In this document: positions 1 to 10,380 of the stretch, piece by piece | Numbering within the stretch: position 1 is the stretch's first letter | How the letters are laid out: the number at the start of each line of letters is the position of its first letter | NCBI RefSeq assembly: GCF_001194135.2 | Contig: NC_068986.1 | Span: 46,320,784-46,367,475 of the forward strand | DNA: 46,692 nt | Direction: 5' to 3' | Source: Octopus bimaculoides | Lineage: Eukaryota | Position numbers and translations under genes: made by a program | Notes under the pieces: model-generated | Database searches by the model: none | What the model was told of the DNA's origin: nothing | What the model saw: only the letters and a program-made list of their open reading frames with translations

Positions 1-39
<39 letters not shown>

Positions 40-46
<7 letters not shown>

Positions 47-323
47 GATAGTCTACTGGTTTCACGTTTTTGCTAATTATGACTGGAAAATTGGTGAAAA
101 TATTACAATCTTGTAGTATTTTCTGGAGTCTTTAGTTCTTGCTTTTGGTATGAGAGTTTGTTTGTAAATAACAAACTGGTTATTTTGCTGGTTTGTTTAC
201 AAACAAACTCTCATACAAAGAACATGGTCTAAAAACTCCATAAAATGCTAGAAAATTGCAACATTTTCACCAATCTTCCAATCATGATTAGCAAAATGTG
301 AAACCGGTAGATTATCATAATAT
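40..323. repeat. Long imperfect inverted repeat (about 140-bp arms, short spacer) with a hammerhead-like motif in each arm
   Basis: 40-179 is the reverse complement of about 187-323 (e.g. attatgatagtctactggtttcac / gtgaaaccggtagattatcataat; gagagtttgtttgtaaa / tttacaaacaaactctc). It abuts the (TA)n tract at the window start. Confidence 0.9.
280..313 (+). ncRNA. Hammerhead-like motif, A3-U8 core variant (right arm of the palindrome)
   Basis: AATC-ATGATTA-GCAAAATGT-GAAAC-CG-GTA|GATT: 4-bp stem I, 3-bp stem II with a G-U closing pair, palindromic ACCGGT stem III. The mirror copy at 50-84 (minus) has stem I AGTC/GACT. Confidence 0.5.
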
Positions 324-894
324 CCTATCTTATAAAATATATTAAAAATATATAAATTGTGGGCATTTTTCTTCTTTTGTTATATAATTTTTCATTATAA
401 CTTACCATGTGGTGAAAATCTCTTCAACAAAATTCTTTACAATATATATATATCTGAAGTGTAGACTATTGTATATCCATCAGGGCTGATCTTACCAATT
501 TGTTTCATGCTATGAGTACAATGGAGTGTTAGGTAACAATCCAGTTATATACCCCTATGCTCATGAGAAGTAGCCGATACATAATTAAATTTGCTGACTG
601 CTCTCTATTGTTGGTGGTGAAGATGATGAAACAAAATGAGTAGGGGATTAAGTTAAGATTTATGTCTCTTGGTACCGAGACATTGCCATTGAGTTGGTTA
701 TGTTGCAAGTCAGTATATATAAACATACAAGCATACATATGTATATATGTGTGTGTGTGTGTAGTATGTATGCATGTATGTGGGCATGAGATGGGGGAAT
801 ACCCTTGCCTAGACATCATGTGGCAGTGAATGAGCATCATTATTATACAAGCGAGGCTATTAATTTCCAGTCTCCTATGAAATTAAAAAATATC

Positions 895-1045
895 TAATTA
901 TGTGAAAATATTAACTTGCTTGGAAACAGGTGAGAGTTGGCAACAGGAAGGATATCTAGCTGTAGAAAAATCTACCTCAACAAATTTCATCTGACCCATG
1001 CAAGCATGAAAAAGTGAACATTAAATGATGACAATGATGATATAC
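895..1045 (+). mobile_element. Older (GAT)n-tailed relative of family B
   Basis: gttggcaacaggaagg..tctagctgtagaaaa...gacccatgcaagcatg..aaagtg.acattaaatgatg. Similar copies at 1495-1725 (-), 10200-10375 (+), 17650-17905 (-), 24905-24975 (+), 25900-26025 (+) and 30670-30780 (-). Confidence 0.65.
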
Positions 1046-2598
1046 ATTATGATGAAATTTTCCAAACACCTTTCCAATTATATTGACATAAAAATGTAAA
1101 CACAAAATGGTACACACATACACATCTGAACACACACATATACATCTCAACACATATACATGCATACACTTTATAAAAATCAGATTAAGTTATTTAAATT
1201 AACTGCTTAGACATTCTGAATACTGAGAAAAATAAGTGCTGAAAGTGAAAAATATGCATTTATTTATTTTTAATAATATTAAACTTATTGCATCTGTTTC
1301 TATTTTTATTTATGTAGTATATTTAAGTTTATTTCTTCAAAGTATATTGTTTTGCCAAACAATTTGTTTTAAGATTACCAAATATAATTATCTAAGAAAA
1401 ATATTGCATTTGTTCATTTGAACATAGAGATGGTACAAAAAATGTATACAAAACAGCCCACCACCACTGTCATCATCATCCTCATTATCATCTTTCTTTT
1501 AATGTTTACTTTTCTTTGCTTGCATGGGTCAGACAGAATTTGCCAAGACACATTTTCTACAACTCAATGCCTTTCCTCTCACTGAATGCGTCCCCTGCTT
1601 CCAAGAAAGGTAATATTTCCCCATTGCCAGGAATATTTTTCATGGAAGACTGGAAATGAATAACCACACTTGTATAACACTGATGATCATTTACAGCCAT
1701 CACATAATATCTAAACAAAAATACACACACACACATACACATGCACACGCACTCATTGTTTCTTTCAATTTCTGTCTACTAAATCCAATTGCAAGGTTTT
1801 GGTTGGCTTGGCCTGAGGCTATATTAAAAAGACACATGCGCAGGGTGTTGCATGATAGAACTGAACCTAACACCACATGATTGAGAAGCCAGATTCTTAA
1901 CCACACAGCCACACATACAGCATATTCAGGAAATAAAAAGCTCTTATAGCAACAATGGAAAATGATTTTGCAGAATATGAATTTGTCAACGAATATCATG
2001 AAAGCAGCCAATATATTCATGGGCTAGAAGTATGTTTGTTGAATGTAATGATCCAAATCTACATTTTAGGTTACATGCATGCATGGCCAACATTCCATAC
2101 AAGACAGTTAAAGCCAACATTTAATTAATACATATTCATTGCATATATTTCACACAATTTATATACATTCACAGCTTACATTTCCTACAGCTCACATTCA
2201 AGACTTATTGTAAGGTAAAAATGAAAAAGCAATACACAAATACATGTTGATTTCAATAATAAAATACTAGGGAAAGTGAAAAGCTAATGGTGAAATATTT
2301 CTAATAGAATAATAATACATAATCCAAACTCAAAAATATCAATACTTGAATCAGTGTACATGAATATAATTGAGAATTAACCACACTATAATTAACTTGA
2401 CAACAAGATATTTGCAAGCAAATTATAAATTATATAATTACATAAAAGCTGAAACACATAAGCTAAACATTTCAGACAAACATCTTGATGCATGCAATAC
2501 AAATAAATTGTTTGAAGTATTTCATCAAAAGCAACAGAACAAGGTTTAATGGAATTAATACATTACCATTACTGCTTTTAATATCAGGAACGTAAAAA

Positions 2599-2625
2599 CC
2601 TTACCTGAAAAATGCAAGAAAATAG
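2599..2625 (-). other. Candidate recursive splice site (polypyrimidine-CAG|GTAAGG)
   Basis: Minus strand ataactattttcttgcatttttcag|gtaagg, junction 2605/2604, on the same strand as the FS/Kazal exon. Confidence 0.35.
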
Positions 2626-2944
2626 TTATATTATTATAAGATATAAGAATACATATATATATAATTTATGTAAATGTAAAAGAAATATGATGAAATGAAA
2701 AGTATACACATACAATTTAAAGATTGATGTTTGCTTTCTAATTTACCTGATAAAATTATTAATCACATGAAGCCAACGAGAAAACCAATAAATATTGATA
2801 GTTGTGTGAACTGCCAGAAACAGAAACCAAATCTCTCTCAAATAACACTATACTGCTACCACCATCACTGCCACCACCACAACCACTGCAACCACCTCCA
2901 CGGCCCAACCACTGCCACCCACTCCATGACCACCACCATGTTTA

Positions 2945-3175
2945 TTTCTTCAAAGTTTTGGCATGGTTTTTACAACTGGATGCCCTTCCTAACACCAACT
3001 ACCCCACAAAGTGGACTGAGTGCTTTTTACATGGCACCAGCATAGGTGAGGTCAATTCTGGCATGAATTTTACAACTGGATGCCCTTTCAAATACCAACC
3101 ACTTTACAGTGTGGACTGAATGCTTTTTTTTATGTGGCACCAGCACTGGCAGGGTCACCAAGTAACTTGCAACAC
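2945..3175 (-). mobile_element. Family-B-related fragment with an internal duplication
   Basis: tttacaactggatgccctt occurs at about 2969 and 3069, reverse-matching aagggcatccagctgtag. Confidence 0.6.
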
Positions 3176-3546
3176 AAGGAATCTTTGAGAGGGAGGGGTC
3201 ATTGGAGGAGGTGATCTTGTATCAAACATTTTGAGATGAACTAGTGTATAACTATAGGACAATCAGTCAGATAAACTAAACCAAAAATAAGACTCACAAA
3301 ACTATGAAGACCAATCTACAAGAGCAATAGTTCTCATTAATAAATAATTCATATTGTAATGATCTGTCAAAATAATGTCAACATTGAAAGCCAATGTAAA
3401 ATGAAAATAACAATGATAATGATAGTGAAATAGCCGAGGAAAAAATTTACAGCTTAAATGAAACTTATTCTAAAGTCTTTGAATAGAAGGTTGCTATTGC
3501 ATTTATTGAATGATAAAACATTTTAGACATTTCAGATGTAAAGTTT

Positions 3547-3605
<59 letters not shown>

Positions 3606-4296
3606 NNNNNNNNNNNNNNNNNNNNNNNNNNNNNNNNNNNNNNNNNNNNNNNNNNNNNNNNNNNNNNNNNNNNNNNNNNNNNNNNNNNNNNNNNNNNNNN
3701 NNNNNNNNNNNNNNNNNNNNNNNNNNNNNNNNNNNNNNNNNNNNNNNNNNNNNNNNNNNNNNNNNNNNNNNNNNNNNNNNNNNNNNNNNNNNNNNNNNNN
3801 NNNNNNNNNNNNNNNNNNNNNNNNNNNNNNNNNNNNNNNNNNNNNNNNNNNNNNNNNNNNNNNNNNNNNNNNNNNNNNNNNNNNNNNNNNNNNNNNNNNN
3901 NNNNNNNNNNNNNNNNNNNNNNNNNNNNNNNNNNNNNNNNNNNNNNNNNNNNNNNNNNNNNNNNNNNNNNNNNNNNNNNNNNNNNNNNNNNNNNNNNNNN
4001 NNNNNNNNNNNNNNNNNNNNNNNNNNNNNNNNNNNNNNNNNNNNNNNNNNNNNNNNNNNNNNNNNNNNNNNNNNNNNNNNNNNNNNNNNNNNNNNNNNNN
4101 NNNNNNNNNNNNNNNNNNNNNNNNNNNNNNNNNNNNNNNNNNNNNNNNNNNNNNNNNNNNNNNNNNNNNNNNNNNNNNNNNNNNNNNNNNNNNNNNNNNN
4201 NNNNNNNNNNNNNNNNNNNNNNNNNNNNNNNNNNNNNNNNNNNNNNNNNNNNNNNNNNNNNNNNNNNNNNNNNNNNNNNNNNNNNNNNNNNNNNNN
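3606..4296. other. Assembly gap (691 N)
   Basis: Run of N. Other gaps: 5645-5772 (128 N) and 18273-18383 (111 N). Confidence 1.
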
Positions 4297-4514
4297 GAGC
4301 GTGGCCGTTTTCGTGCGGGTGACACGTAAAAGCACCCACTACACTCTCTGAGTGGTTGGCGTTAGGAAGGGCATCCAGCTGTAGAAACTCTGCCAAATCA
4401 GACTGGAGCCTGGTGTTGCCATCCGGTTTCACCAGTCCTCAGTCAAATCGTCCAACCCATGCTAGCATGGAAAGCGGACGTTAAACGATGATGATGATGA
4501 TGATGATGATGATG
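4297..4514 (+). mobile_element. (GAT)n-tailed SINE family B, 3' part, next to a gap
   Basis: gttggcgttaggaagggcatccagctgtagaaac...ggacgttaaacgatgatgat; identical to 30250-30451. Confidence 0.85.
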
Positions 4515-4777
4515 ACCACCACCATCATTGTTATCATCATTTTATCATCCACTTACTGGTAATTGCACAGGAAGAGGGAATTCACTGATGCAGATTTGCT
4601 ACATTGAGATGATCTTCCTCTTGCTACTTTTCACTTGTTTTTAAGCATGATAATAATGTTTTCATGGAAGATTTAGAAATGAGCAACATCAGTTGTATGA
4701 TGGTGATTCTTGTTTTACAAATATCATGAGATGTCAAGACAATGATAAACACACATACATACAAATATACACATATA

Positions 4778-4960
4778 CAGGGTGTCCCAAAATTAAAGCA
4801 ACCAGCTGTTTTCAATTTTGCCAAAGCAAAATATTGTTATATTTTGGGTTCAAGGATTGAAATGTGATAGTAAAGGAAACATAGTTATGACACTACCACA
4901 TCTATACATATCTGGAAATGCATGCGTGTTATACAAAGCGTAAAATTACCAATTACATTT
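4778..4960 (+). mobile_element. Orphan left end of a Tc1/mariner-superfamily element
   Basis: TA|cagggtgtcccaaaa is a typical Tc1-type terminus; no matching right TIR was found, and the right boundary is approximate. Confidence 0.35.
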
Positions 4961-6810
4961 TCTGCACTTCTTATTACCTCATAACATGATTTGATGTCTG
5001 TATGCTATCCTGTCCTGTGGTATAATGATTGTTTTTACATTGTGTGGTATATAGGAGTGGAGTGTGTGACTGCTAACGGAGTCCAAATTTCGTAACATGA
5101 TTTTTGTCTTTGAGTAGCAACTGTTATTTCCTATTTGCTTTTTCCTAGAAAATATGAGAAATAGCTCATATTTCCTTCAAACTTTGCTTTTCTTACATTT
5201 ATTCAAACCTCAAAGAGCCCCTCTTGACACATGGCTAGGATGTTTCCCCACTACTGCTCATGATCAGAGATGCACTTATTGTCAGTCACTAAGGGACATG
5301 TTCAAGTGGCTAAGGTCAAGAAACTGACAAGCAAATCTGTGTTATTGAATGGAATATTTGCTATAACGATATTTCTGTTTAAGTAACTCAGCATTGAATC
5401 TGTCTGAAATGTAATGGAAGATAAGTTAGTTTCAAAACATTGATGTCCAGGTCAGAAAAGCAAAGTTTGAAGACAATAGTAGTCATTTCCTTTGATTTCT
5501 AGATAGAAGTAAATAGGAAATAACACTTACTGACCAAAGACAAAAAAAAACAAAATAAAAAATTTTGTTACACAAATCTTCCAGCACACTCAGAATTCAT
5601 ATATATATATATACTTTCATACAAGCATGCATGCATATGTACGTNNNNNNNNNNNNNNNNNNNNNNNNNNNNNNNNNNNNNNNNNNNNNNNNNNNNNNNN
5701 NNNNNNNNNNNNNNNNNNNNNNNNNNNNNNNNNNNNNNNNNNNNNNNNNNNNNNNNNNNNNNNNNNNNNNNNCAATAGTAGTCATTTCCTTTGATTTCTA
5801 GATAGAAGTAAATAGGAAATAACACTTACTGACCAAAGACAAAAAAAAACAAAATAAAAAATTTTGTTACACAAATCTTCCAGCACACTCAGAATTCATA
5901 TATATATATATACTTTCATACAAGCATGCATGCATATGTACGTACATACATATATACATACATGCCTACATTCATGAAAACATAATGGGAGTAAAACTAC
6001 TAGCAGTACAAGAAGTACTTAATTTGTGAAGCAACTTATATTTTGAGCAGAATGATTTATTTCCTTGAGGACTTTAAATGTTATCAATATCCATTCATAA
6101 TAATTACTAGTATTGTGAGGTACTCTATTAGTCAGTCTACACATGCATCACATGCACACACACACTCACCCTCTCTCTCTGACTCCATACAAACTCTTTC
6201 ACTAGAATGCACACATTATTTATGAGGGGGTTTTGTTCGCCATTCAGAAATTTTCTTTTGGCAGTGTTGAAGGTAAAATTTTGAATTTCATTTAGGTGAT
6301 GACTAACTTTGTATAGATCATGGTATTTGACAGTATCTAGAGACACATTGACAGAGGTCAAATTGTCTCAGCAATGACCCACATAGTTATGTATGGCATA
6401 TATTTGTGGCCACAATCTATGCATGCCTACAACCCAGTGATACTATACAAACTATTTAGATTAGTTCATGGTTACCTAGAAAGTGAAGTAAGATTAGGTA
6501 GGTTGGTCAAAGTAATTGATACTTTCCTTTGACCTACTAACTTTTTCCATGTATCCTCCCACATGCATTTACTTACACACACATCAACATATTCTCTCTC
6601 TCTCCCTCACACACACACACACACACAGATATATAAATGTGTACTGTACACATTCAGACAAAATTAATGCCTTGTATAACTAGATATACATATTCTTCTA
6701 TACATAGATGTATATCAATTATACTAAAGATTATTTTTTTGTTCAAAATTGCAACTTCACTCTAATGCTATGCTGATGTTCCCTCATTCTATCATTTTAG
6801 TATGTTAATC

Positions 6811-6847
<37 letters not shown>

Positions 6848-6848
6848 A

Positions 6849-8540
6849 TAGAAATATGTTACAAAAAGAAAATAGAAACTACACGTGGAAATGTAAGGGG
6901 AAAGTAAGAAGAAAAAATAAGCGAAAATGCACATTGAAAATCAAAAAAAGTAAAGGCATTTTATGAAAAGTAACGATACATATATACAATTAGATGAACT
7001 GAGGTAGGAATAAAAGTAATAAAAGTCATTATTGTGAATTGTTAAATAGATTCAAAAGCATACCGGTTTCGTAAAATTACTGATCACTGCTTTGAATGTG
7101 CACCAGTTACCGAATGATGTCAGGTCTACTAGTCCCTGAGTAAAAAAGGTTATGTGTAAGGGAGGTAAGTAGTACTGGATTTGGTGCAATTAGGGTAGAT
7201 ATAATTCTGTAATGTGAATGATGTAGGGGTGGTATTAATTGAAAGGTTAGTAGTGTTCTGCATTAAGTTATGTGTTCATATTGAGTTGTGGTAGATATTT
7301 ATTGATGAAAGTTGCCTCTTTAATCATTCTTTGTTGTACTGAGGTGTTCTGTGAACATTGATAGAAGGGAAAATGAGGAAATTAGGATTAAGGTTCCTAG
7401 CACACATTTCTATGTGTTCACTGATCTGTATCTGTCTGTATTGTGGGTGGCGGATTTGTTTATTGTGGAGAGTGGTTCTTCAACGGAGTAATATTCCTGT
7501 TTGGCCAATATAAGGATTATCATACCCTAAACATGTAATGGCATAGATTAGATTTTCTGAGGCACAGGTGAAATTTGATTTAACCTTGTTTAAAGTGGAA
7601 CTCTGAACCCTCCAAAAGGTGGGGGCATGTACCACAGTTAGGTCAACCACAATTTTTCACTTTTGGTTCTGTTGTTAATGGATATAGTCTTGCACTGGTT
7701 AATATTTTTTTCAATGATTTAGATTGCATTTTGCTTTTGATAATTTTGTGTGAGCCTAAAATTTTGTTCATTGTTTTATTCTTCTGTGAGGATGGGTAAA
7801 TTTTGGATGATAATGTTGAAGGAGATGTATGGGAGTATTTTTAAGTCTGGTGTAGTATTTCAGTTGATTTCCCTTGATGTTCGTATATCTATTTCCTTAG
7901 CTCATTTAATGCCATCATTTATTAATGATATTGGGTAATGTCTTTTGATTAGTATTGATCTAAGTTCAAGGAGTCTTCATTCATGAGTATAGGTATCCAA
8001 AACTATGGTACAGATTCTTTTCGCTAGATTATAAGGTATATTAATTTTTATGTGTTTGGGGTGGCATGAGTAGAATAATAGGTATTGTTTAGAATCTGTG
8101 GGTTTATAGAAAATGTCTGTTTGATGTGGTTATTGACTATTTTAATTAGGATGTCAAGAAAAGGGAGTTGTTTACTGCTGTGCTCCATGGTGAATTGTAT
8201 GTTGCTATTAATATTGTTAAGCGTTATTTTGAAATCGAGGAGTTTGTCCATGCTGTTTTTTCAAAGTATAAAGCAATTGTCCAAATACCTCTTCAAGTTC
8301 TCCTTTAAATAGCAATGAAATGAGGTGCCATATTTTTGTAGTGATAATTGGTATATTTTAAGTTCTAGGTAACACATTACAAGGTTTGCAATTCCACGTT
8401 TTTGTTGAAAGTAAGCTGTATTGAACATGAAATAGTTGTTCAGTAGGATGAATTTGAGTGCTGCAATTATGAATCTGTGATTGATGCGTCCTATATATAC
8501 CTAACCAGGGAATGCCAAGATTCTTTTGGCCACTCTGAAG
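6849..8540 (-). mobile_element. Penelope-like retroelement (PLE), 5'-truncated and degenerate: RT C-terminus, GIY-YIG endonuclease and 3' pLTR region
   Basis: Minus-strand translation gives ILLNNYFMFN..QQKRGIA, RYLDNCF (RT YxDD motif, 8276-8290), LNNINSNIQFTMEHSSKQLPFLDILI, then NLIYAITC...YIGQTG (GIY-YIG, about 7495-7554), ending at TAA near 7268. In-frame stops and frameshifts are present. The 3' end abuts a (TA)n tract. Confidence 0.85.
7050..7097 (-). ncRNA. Minimal type-I hammerhead ribozyme motif with G3-C8 core variant
   Basis: Minus strand: ATTCAAAGCA-GTGATCA-GTAATTTTAC-GAAAC-CG-GTA|TGCTTTTGAAT. Stem I is 10 bp with one bulge, stem II is GTA/TAC, stem III is the palindrome ACCGGT. 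It lies about 170 nt after the PLE stop codon. Confidence 0.75.
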
Positions 8541-9480
8541 CAAACCTTTTCTCCTTCATTATCTTTGCAGCTGTTACACCAAACCTCTCCAACCATGCAA
8601 CAAATATTTTGCTTTAGTACTTGATGAAAATTTAATCTTTGCTTTCAAGTGAAGTCTTTCTCTCATATGTTGTTGCTATATTTGTAAAGAATTTTCTGCT
8701 TTCTTATTCAGTTTTTAAATCACTGTTCAACTGTTATTCCTATGTCCAAAGTAATGGGAGTCTAAATACAAATCCATGATATCTTACCTCTAAGAGAGAC
8801 ATAACCATCCTCGTGTCTCAAATGATTCTCTTAGTACATCATACATTAGTTTCTTTCTCTAATATTGCCCTTCAGTAGCACTAAGCAATGAAGACCTCCT
8901 TAGTCAGAAGATCATGGCAATGGCATAAAATCAAGACAGTACCATGAGATCAGGAAATTCCCTTAATATTGCAATATAGTCTTGGAATATGAGTGCTGCC
9001 TTCAAACCTCTTTGCCCTTTCCAGTCATTAGTACCATTCAGATGTTTGGATTTCAGCTTCCTTTAGTTTAAGCTGTAGTGTTTTTTCTCATCCCCCTTGT
9101 AGAAACAGGCTATAACAATGTGGATTCTCATTGTAATAGCACTACTGTAGTGTTGTTTCAGGACATTAGAATTGATATTCAAGACTGGAATAAGATACTA
9201 GGAATACTCAGTAAGGAAAGACTTGAATGCTTTCAAGACATGTTCATGCTCAACAACAGTTTCCTTGTACCAATATCTTCAATACTACCTATGGGCAATG
9301 GCTTTCTGAGTCCTACTGCTTTAGTCACTCACTCTTACTCTCCAAGAAGATGAATTTCTTTTATGACAATATCTTGCCTACCTTTGTTATTTTTGGCAGG
9401 ATATCCATTTTTTTACTGTATTGACCCCAATCCAGTACTGCATCACAACTCTCACCTCTTCTGTTTCAGAGAAGTCTCTG
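8541..9480 (-). mobile_element. Degenerate RTE-type LINE ORF2 (RT) remnant
   Basis: Frame-broken minus-strand peptides resemble VDLEKAFD (HVLKAFKS, about 9225-9250), GVHQGSVL (SHGTVL) and LHGSETW (YLLHGW). Heavily decayed. Confidence 0.45.
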
Positions 9481-10380
9481 TCATTCTTCAACTGTTTTTC
9501 TTTTTTTTTTTTTTGATTTTTTGATGAGGCGGGTTGGGGGTCATATGCATCATTTCCTAGTTGTTATTACTATTGGATAGATCACACGAATATTGGAATC
9601 TGGTGAATCTACAGTATCATGAGGCAAAAGGCTTTTATTATTTAAAACTTCTTTACCATTGATACTAAAAGCAGCTGTGGCACTATACAATCCAGTTCCT
9701 GTAAAGCATGACAAGAAACCAAGCAGCACATATAAAAACTTGTAAGGTCTTCAGCAAATGGTTAAATATGTTAAGATCACACATCAAACTTAGTCATCAA
9801 ACAACAGTTGTCAATGTTTAAACTTGGCCTCAATCATAACAACATCTGTGGCATCAATCAAGAGTACAGTGTAGGTACCTTTTCACTGGAAGCAACTCCT
9901 CTTTAGTTTTAAAGAGAAATTGCTTAACTTGACCTTACATTGTAAGCAGATCATGATGCTATTTTAGCCATTTGCATGCAGCCAACTTAGTGGGAATACT
10001 TCATCTAATTGTGCTAGTGGCAGTTAGTTTCTCTCCTTGTTTCTACTGTGGTGGTAATATCATCCATAGACACACACACATTAGTAGTAGTACTGGGTGT
10101 TCTCAAATTTTTGTTTCATATGAATGTTTTGTACTTTTAAATGCAGAGTAGAGAAATAGTACACATCATCCTGATGCCTATCTCTAGTGTTTGCCTTGAA
10201 AAAGCACACATAACATGTTATAAAGTAGCTGGCATTGCAAAGGCCATCTTGCTATAACAACTTTACTAAAACACACATTGGACCTTGACACAGTCCTCTA
10301 ACTTGCTGGATCCTGTAAAAATGTCCAACCCATATTAGCATTGAATATGGATGTTAGATGAAGATGATGATGGTGATATA

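Noticed and set aside
400-453. Perfect donor ATG|GTAAGT on minus at 405/406
   Set aside because: No convincing acceptor or coding sequence upstream; the candidate exon would be mostly TA repeat.
2731-3119. His/Pro-rich ORFs (also 29654-29875, poly-Met on minus)
   Set aside because: Translations of CAC/CAT microsatellites plus SINE sequence, with no splice or domain support.
3465-4432. Long ORFs of 261-295 aa in the ORF track (also 5565-5825 and 18119-18564)
   Set aside because: They are open only because they run through N gaps and (TA)n tracts.
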